Shown piece after piece: positions 19,044 through 26,900 of a stretch of DNA of 64,000 bases; within the stretch, counting starts at the first letter, position 1, and every line of letters begins with the position of its first letter. The notes beneath the pieces were generated by a model. The model had not been told where the DNA came from, searched no databases, and worked only from the letters and a program-made list of their open reading frames with translations. The translations under genes and the position numbers were made by a program. Source of the stretch: Actinomycetota bacterium (GTDB taxonomy: Bacteria > Actinomycetota > AC-67); the NCBI GenBank assembly GCA_020201525.1, contig JAIVGO010000094.1, positions 4,126-68,125 on the forward strand. Direction: 5' to 3'.

Positions 19044-19481
19044 GTGAGTCGCGTTGAGTATCACCCGACGTTCGCCGCGCAGTACGAGGCGCAGTGCCGG
19101 AATGATGCGACGCTCGAGCTAGCCGGCGAGGTGACGGCTCTACTCACGGCACTTGAGGAGTTCGGCCACGAGATCGAAGGGGAGCAGCCCGAGGATGCCA
19201 GTCATCCCGTCGTCATCTCGCACTACCGCATGTTCGCTCTTCGCCGGACGCCGCCGACCGTCTACACGCCGTATGCCGACGCACCGCCGGTCATTCGGAT
19301 CCCGTATGTCTGGTTCGCGGACTCGGCAACTGGCGATGAGGTTGCCGTTGTCATGCTCATGGACGACAAGCGCAAGCTGGGCAACCAGTGGTACCCGAAG
19401 ACGGTCGCCGCGATTGAAGGTCGGATGATCCCCGATTGGCAACGCACCCATCCCACACATAAGGCGAGGAGGCGAGCATGA
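19044..19481 (+). CDS. RelE-superfamily toxin, HigB/Gp49-like.
   Basis: About 145 aa. Toxin-first gene order with a 4-nt ATGA overlap onto an XRE-HTH gene. C-terminal IRIPYVWFADSATGDEVAVVMLMDDKRK pattern (ayRilYff...vvlLhafkKk). Confidence 0.5.
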   Translation: MSRVEYHPTFAAQYEAQCRNDATLELAGEVTALLTALEEFGHEIEGEQPEDASHPVVISHYRMFALRRTPPTVYTPYADAPPVIRIPYVWFADSATGDEVAVVMLMDDKRKLGNQWYPKTVAAIEGRMIPDWQRTHPTHKARRRA

Positions 19482-20023
19482 GCGAATCGATCATTCCCGA
19501 GCCGGCGGACCAGTTTAGCGACGAGGACTTTCAGACGGCGACCAGCCGTGTCCGCGCTGCTCGCCAGCGGCTGCTCGAAGCCGATGCCGCTCGGGCCGCG
19601 CATGACGCTCTGGTTGCAACCATCGGGGAACGGGTGGAACGCCGCCGTGCCTCACTGGCCCAGCTGAGAAAGGCGCTCGGCCTCACTCAGGCCCAGATGG
19701 CCGACACGCTGGGCACCGACCAGGCCGAAGTGTCCAAGATGGAACGTCGGCTCAACCACAAGCTGGCGACCCTTGAACGGTTCATCCAGGCCACGGGCGG
19801 GGCACTGCGGGTCAGTGCCGTCTACGGCGACGTGGAGGTGGAGCTGAACCTGGGAGAGCTTTTGTCTGATCTGCCGTCAGTGGACGAGGACGTTCCAGCG
19901 AAGCCGAAGCGGGCGAAGCCGACCACGAAACGGTCCGCCAAGGCGACCGTTGTGGCTCGCCGAGCTGCCGCCGCAAAAAAGCCGCCCGTCCCTCGAAGCA
20001 AACGACGCGAGGAGCGAACATGA
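19478..20023 (+). CDS. XRE-family HTH antitoxin (HigA-like) with a Lys/Ala/Pro-rich basic tail.
   Basis: LRKALGLTQAQMADTLGTDQAEVSKMERR is a Cro/C1-type HTH. Translationally coupled to the upstream toxin gene. Confidence 0.65.
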   Translation: MSESIIPEPADQFSDEDFQTATSRVRAARQRLLEADAARAAHDALVATIGERVERRRASLAQLRKALGLTQAQMADTLGTDQAEVSKMERRLNHKLATLERFIQATGGALRVSAVYGDVEVELNLGELLSDLPSVDEDVPAKPKRAKPTTKRSAKATVVARRAAAAKKPPVPRSKRREERT

Positions 20024-20130
20024 GCAAGAAGGCAGCCATCCACGTCACTCCCGACAAGCAAGGCTGGGCTGTCATCCGGGAGGGCAGCACGCGGGCCAGC
20101 TCCGTTCATACCAGCCAGAAACAGGCCTAG
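20020..20130 (+). CDS. DUF2188-like small protein, apparently truncated by an in-frame TAG.
   Basis: MSKKAAIHVTPDKQGWAVIREGSTRASSVHTSQKQA* matches the DUF2188 N-terminus (HV.P...GWAV.REG..RASSVH.TQ.EAI.AGR). Residues after the TAG (TAGR...) still align. ATGA overlap with the upstream stop. Confidence 0.4.
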   Translation: MSKKAAIHVTPDKQGWAVIREGSTRASSVHTSQKQA

Positions 20131-20202
20131 ACGGCCGGGCGGAGCGTTCATAAAAGGAAGCGCACCCGACGGTGCACCGCCAAGGGGAGGGGCCGTCGAT
20201 AA

Positions 20203-20753
20203 ATGGCTAAGTCGGTCTTCTACAGCTTCCACTACGACCACGACGTGCACCGCGTCCAGCTCGTGCGCAACATCAACGCCTTGGAGGGCCAACCGATCCT
20301 CAACGCCAGGATTGGGAGGCCGTGCGCAGAGGTGGAACGCCGGCGATCAAGAAGTGGATCGACAAGCAGATGGCCTACAAGAAAGCCGTGATCGTCCTAG
20401 TGGGACGCTACACCGCCGGGCGGCCGTGGGTGACCTACGAGATTCAGAAGGCCTGGTACGACAAGAGGCCGCTGCTCGGCATCAGGATTCATGGCCTGTC
20501 CTCGTTCGGGAACGTCGATACGGCCGGAGCCAACCCCTTCGCGAAGGCCGATGTCGGGTCGGTCACGATCTCAGGCAAGAGCCGTCCACCTCGTGCTGGC
20601 TCGTCCGCAAATGTCCAGGTCAGAGGCCATTTCCCGCTTTCGCTCCGGCCCTTCGTGACGGTTGATTATGCCCCGTGCTGTGTCGTTCGTGACCACGGCG
20701 TGACCGTGACCCAGCCGGCGGGGCCCGCCGGCGCCCGGATAAGCATCCGCTAA
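20203..20753 (+). pseudogene. TIR-like domain protein (DUF1863 / ThsB-like TIR), frameshifted.
   Basis: MAKSVFYSFHYDHDVHRVQLVRNINALEGQPILNA, then in the -1 frame DWEAVRRGGTPAIKKWIDKQMAYKKAVIVLVGRYTAGRPWVTYEIQKAW. A single-nucleotide indel near 20308 (aacgccaggattgg) splits the ORF. Confidence 0.6.
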
Positions 20754-20984
20754 CCCACGGCCCGCGATGCTGCCACCGAACAGCTCACTGCCCGGGCCGC
20801 GAAGCACGTCGGGGGTTCGGCTACGGTCGGCAGGACTAGTCATTCGGCGCAACTGTGTCGCGGCGCGATGGACCTTGGGAAGAAAAGGGATGACCCGGTC
20901 TGACCAGCGGTTCTGGTCAACAGCGGTTCACGTCACTCTCCTTCACGGCCTGAGTTTCCACTGCCGGAAGGAACCCCTGACGTC

Positions 20985-23900
20985 ATGCGCCGTTCGTCGC
21001 CCTCTACTGCCGCGACTCGCACCTCTCTGCACCGGGCACGCCGTTGGGCCGTGCGACCTACGGCGTGGATGATGGCCTTGAGTGTGATCACAAGTGGTCT
21101 GTCGATCGTGCCGGCGGTGGCAGCCGGCGCCGAAGCGAAGTCGGGAACGGCGGGGACGACGACCTTGGCCAATGTGCCTTCCGAACCGGCTGCGGCGCCG
21201 ACGGCTCCGGCGGTGCCTCTCGGCGACTTTTCGAATCCTCCGTCGCGGGAATCCAACAAGTCGTCCATGACCACTTCGGCTGGGCCGACGATCCGCGTCC
21301 AGCCGGCGGCCGACCGATTCAGGCCGGGGAAGAGCGTCGAGCTGCCGGAGCTCCGCAAGGCGAACGAGAAGACGTTCCTCAATCCGGACGGGAGCCACAC
21401 CACCCAGGTCTTCAACGCCCCTGTCCACGTGCTCGATTCGTCCGGGAAGTGGGAGGATCTCGACACGACGCTGACCTCCGCGGTCGGCGGACGGTTCAAG
21501 TCGAAGACCACCCAGGCCCCGGTGGATGTAGCCGCGAAGGGCACCGACGCGGTCTTGGGTCGCCTGACGGTGGACGCCAACCACAGCGCCGCCTTCGCCA
21601 TGGCCGGCGCGCGCCAGGTTCCGGCCACGGTGGCAGGCGACGTGGCGACCTACACGGGGATCCAGCCGGGCGTGGATCTGCGTCTCGCCAGCCATCCCGA
21701 CGGGCTCAAGGAGGATTTGGTCCTGGCGTCGAAGGATGCCCCGGATCATTTTGTCTTCCCGTTGACCCTGAAGGGCTTGACCGCTTCCATTGATAGCACC
21801 ACGGGCGACGTGGTCTATCGCAACAGCGCTGGGACGGAGGTGGCCCGGACTCCTCACGGGTGGATGGCAGACTCCAACGTGGATCCCAAGTCGGGCGAGC
21901 CGGCCCGCAGCTTCGGAGTGGTGTATCGCTTGGTCGACATCGGCAAGGGCCACGTGGCGCTCGATGTGCAGCTCGACCGGGCGTGGCTCCAGGCCCCGGA
22001 ACGGCAATTCCCGGTGACCGTTGACCCTTCGTACTGGCTGTCGACCACGCTGTCCGACGACACCTATGTGCAACGACCGTTCGTCAACAACCAGGGGTTT
22101 TGGTCGACGGACAGTGTGCTCAAGGTGGGCCATGCCGACGACCCGGGCCTTCCGTCGGACAACTTGGCCCAGTCGTTCATGCACTTCGACGTCTCGGGAC
22201 TCAACGGCAAGCAGATCGTGGATGCCAGCTTCTACGCCTACGAGACCTGGTCATGGTCATGTGCTGCTCGGGGCGTCGGGCTGTACCGGATTACCCAGCC
22301 GTGGTCGACGTCGGACTCGTTCATGCAGAGCTTCCCCGGCGCCAGCTATGCCGACCAGGTGGCGTGGGGATCGTTCGCCATGGGCCACGACGCCGGCTGT
22401 CCGGCCGGCTGGGCGTTTTGGGACATCACCCCGACGGTGACGAAGTGGACCAATGGGACGTGGGACCAGTACGGGCTGATGCTGAAGGTCGACTCTGTCT
22501 CCGAGGGCGACGTCTACGCCTGGAAGAAGTTCGCGTCGTGGAATACGGCGCTTGCGACCAGTTCCTGCGACATCCCCGGCAACCCGAACCCCGAAGATCC
22601 CTACCTCACGAAGTGCATTCCCCACATCAACATCGACTGGCAGGACCCGGCTCCGCCGAATAATCCCCCGACTGCGCCTGCGATGGTGACGCCGCCCTCG
22701 CCCGGCAACGGCACGGGCATCGGCACGCTGACGCCGCAGCTGCAGGTGTCGTCGACCGACCCGGACGGCGACGCCATCAGCTACCGGACCGAGGTCTCGA
22801 CCGATCCGGGGTTCGGGTCATTCACGGCCGTGTGTGACTGGGGCGGCCCGACCTGCAATCCGACCGGGCTGGCTTGGAACCGCACCTACTACTGGCGGGC
22901 CTGGTCCCGCGACGCCACCCACACGACGAGTCCCGCCGCCGTGTGGTCGTTCTCGACCCCGAACGCGGCACCCAGTCCGGGCACGCCGTTGACGCCCCCC
23001 AACGGCAACGGCATCACCACGCTCATGCCGATCCTGGAAGCCAACGCGGGATCGGATCCCAACAACGATGCCTTGCGCTACTGGTTCCGTCTCTCCGCCG
23101 ACGACGACCCCGAGGTCCACACCCTGTGGGATTCCGGCTGGCTGAACTCCTCCCAGTGGGTGATCCCCGGGATTCCCAGCGCGAAGGTCGTCAACCCCGC
23201 GCAGCCGACCACGCCGATCCTCAAGGACGGCGCCACCTACTCGTGGAAGCTGTACAGCACCGACGACATCAATGGGCAGGTCCAGTCAGCGACCTGGAAG
23301 TTCAAAGTCAGCTTCCGCCTCGGTGACCAGCCCTCCAGCCCGCTCGACGCGGTCGGGCCGGTCACGGTGAATCTTGCCACCGGCAACGTGGTCGTCAAGG
23401 CCGCTACCCCGACGATGACGACGGTCAGCGGCCCGATGGGGATCAGCTTCACGTACAACTCGCTCGCGCCGGCGGCGAGCACTCCGGCGCTGCCCCAGGG
23501 CTGGTCGATGTCCCTCGACGACGAGGCCACCCTGGCCTACTCCGGTCTGCTCACCCAACCCAACGGTGAAAGCATCGTCCTTGTCAGCCCGGACGGCGGG
23601 ACAAGCGAATACCGGCGGACGGGGACGGCGACGTCGACCTGGGCGCCGCTCAACGCCGACGACAGCGCGGTCGTGACCCAGAGCAGCAACGGTGACTACA
23701 TCGTCCAGGGCGGCGACGGCATCACCTACCGCTTCGGCCCCGACGGCCAGGGCAACTGGGTCCTGCAAGACGCCACCCAGGCAGCCGACGACCAGGGCCA
23801 CCCGAGCAGCCTGTTCTCGCACTGGGACACGACCACCGGTCGTCTCAGCAGCGTCGAGGATCCGGTCTCGCATCGCAGCATGAACCTGATCTATGGCGGC

Positions 23901-26900
23901 GGCAGCCCGGATTACTGCTTCCCACCCACCGAGACCGGCATCTCCACGCCGGCGCCGGGTCGGTTGTGCCGAATCGAGTTCACCGATGGTGCCAACCCGA
24001 TCTTCAGCACCAAACTCGGCTACGACTTCGACATCTCGGGGCCCGATCAAATCATCGCGATCCAGAACCCCCCGTCGACGGCGGGCGGTGCCGACTATGA
24101 CGAGACGAACTTCGTCTACGCCAACCAGGGCGCCTACGGGCTGCGGATGACCGCCATCCGCTCCCCGTTGGCCAACGACAACAACCAGAACCCGGCCGAG
24201 CTCAAACGGACCGACAGCGACCCTCTCCAGCTCATGACCGTGCTCGGCTATTACACCAGCGGGCCGGCCGGCGGGAAGGTGGCCAGTGTCGAACTGCCCC
24301 GGGCGCTGCAGTCCGACCCGTCCCGCATCATCCACTCCTACGGCTACTCGGTCCAGTCCGTCGACGTTGCCAGCGCGCCGAATCTCTACTCCGAGCACAC
24401 CGATGTCACCGTCGACGACGCCGATCCCCAGCCGGCGCCGCCGGCGCCGGGCGCCCCGGACCTCAACCTGACGCTGGCGAAGGTTCGCCACGTCTACCTG
24501 AACCTCCTCGGTCAGGTCATCACCGACCAGGACCCTGCCGGCAACGCCACCCATTCCGACTGGTGGCCCGACGATCGCGTCCGCTGGACGACCGACGCTT
24601 CGGGACGACGGACCGGCACGGCCTATGACCCGGAGCATCGCGTCGCCCACGTCTATGGGCCCGCCCCGGTCCAGATCGGCTCGACGGCATGCTTCAGCAG
24701 CGTGGCTCCGGAGTTGCCCAGCGGGAACTGCGCCGTCCCCGACACCAGCACGGCCTACGACGGCACCGGCAAGTTCTACACCTACAACGTCAACGACTCG
24801 ACCGTGTCGCCGATCATTCCAGCCGCCGGCGCCTCAACAGGATCGCCGCTCAACGCCGACGGCAGTTCGCTGATGCGGGGCCTTATCGCTTCGTACTGGG
24901 CCGCCGATCCCAATGGCCAGTGGCCGCCGAGCCCCGGTGCGTTCATCGGTCAGCCGGTCGCCCACGAGCTGATCGCCCCGGCCAGCGGGACCTTCGACCA
25001 AACCTGGAGTAGTTCTCCGCCAGGGATCGCCGCCGGGAACCAGAAGTGGCTCGCCCGCCTCACCGGCGAGGTCGTCGCTCCTCAGCCCATCGACCTCAGA
25101 CTCGTCGCTGATGACGGCGTGCAGATCTACGTCGATGACCAACTGCAGTCAGGAGGCAATTTCTGGGGCTGCTGCGTGAACCAGCAGACCCAAAACAATG
25201 GCGTAACCATCCCCATCGGGGTTCACCGGATCAGGATCGACTACTTCCAAGACACCCTCGGTGCCCATCTCCAGCTGGTGTGCGTCAACGGCTGTTCAGG
25301 GTCGTTGCCGCTCAGTTACCTCAGCCCCCGCCTCGGTCTGGTCACCTCGACTCGAGACGCTGACGGCAAGATCACCACCACGCAGTACGGCGACACCTCC
25401 AATGCGACCTACGCCGCGGACATCGCCCGGGCGAACCCCATGATCACCACCGTCGATCCCGGCGGCGCCAATCTCAAGACGACCACGATCTACGAACCGG
25501 TGGGCGCCGGGACCTATGCCCGACTGAAGACGAAGCAGCTGCCCCGGTGGTACGGCAACCTCAGTCCCGCCACCATGACCACCTCGACCTACTACGACGG
25601 GACTGTCGGCAAGACAAACCCCTGCCTGCCCGACCCCCAGACGCCCGTCATCCAATCCGGGCTGTTGTGGAAGACCACCGGCCCCGACCCGGCCGGGCCC
25701 GACCAGGCCCGAGTCGAAGAACAGATCTACGACGTAATGGGCCGCGTTGCCGCCACCCGGGCGGCGGTCGCTGACCAGGAACCCAACGACGCGTGGACCT
25801 GCGCCGTCTATGACGACCGCGGCCAGGTGACATCGAGTTCGGACCGGCTCGGGAACACGACCACGAACACCTACCTCGGGCTGCGCACCGCCTCGACGTT
25901 CCCGGACTCGAAAGGCGTATCCCGCACCACCACCCAAGACGTCGATCTCCTCGGTCGTCCCGTCCGCTACACCGACGAGTGGGGCACCGTCACCCGCACC
26001 GTCTACGACTACCTCGGCCGGGCCGTCTCCACCTACCGGACCCTGACCGGGACCTCAACCGAGGTGAAGCTCACCGACCTCGTCTACAACGACGCCGGCG
26101 GGGTCATCTCCACCACCGAGTACAGCTCAGGCGTCGGCCGCACCAGCACCTTCACGTACGACCCCGCCGGCCGCCTCCTGAACACCAACCGCCCCAACCA
26201 GGTCAACACGGTCGAGACCTACAACGATCAAGGCGCGGTCGCCACCCTCACCGACAAGCGGGCCACGAACCCCGCCCGGCAGTTCTCCTACACCCGCACC
26301 GCCGGCGGTCGGATCGTGACCGAATCGGAAAGCGTGACTGCGCACACCACCAGCTACCTGAAGGCGGACGGCGTCACCCCCGCCTACGACGGCGCCGGTC
26401 GGCTCACCCGGGCCGTCGACGGCGCCACGATCCGAACCTACGACTACGACTCCGACAGCAACCGCTGCTCGACGTCCTCGACCGTCACGGACTGCTCCGA
26501 CACGGCCTACGAATACGACGAGGCTGACCGGATCACCGCCTCACCGTTCGCCGCGCAATATCACCATGACCTCCATGGCAACGTCGACTGGACCAAAGAC
26601 GGCGCCGGCAACTTCCTCCTGAGGTATACCTACGATGGCAACGACCACGCCACGAGCATCGACGACGGCGCCACCGTCACCACCGACACGCTGACCCCGT
26701 CCGGGCGAGTCCTCGAGCACGTCGTCGCTCCGTCCGCAGGCGGGCCGCCCACGGTGGACCTCATCTACGGCTACGCCGGCTCCGGCGACTCGCCCGCATA
26801 CCAGATCAACAACCTCGCCACCAGCGGCACGTCGTCCGGGAGTCAGCCCCGCTCGTCGGCCAGCGCCCACAACAACGCCGGCGTCGACACCACCCTGGTC

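Noticed and set aside
20767-21072. 101-aa ORF between the TIR-like pseudogene and RHS2.
   Set aside because: It overlaps the RHS2 start region with no motifs. It is probably the non-coding leader of RHS2.
23286-24650. 454-aa antisense ORF within RHS2.
   Set aside because: High-GC antisense artefact with no motifs.
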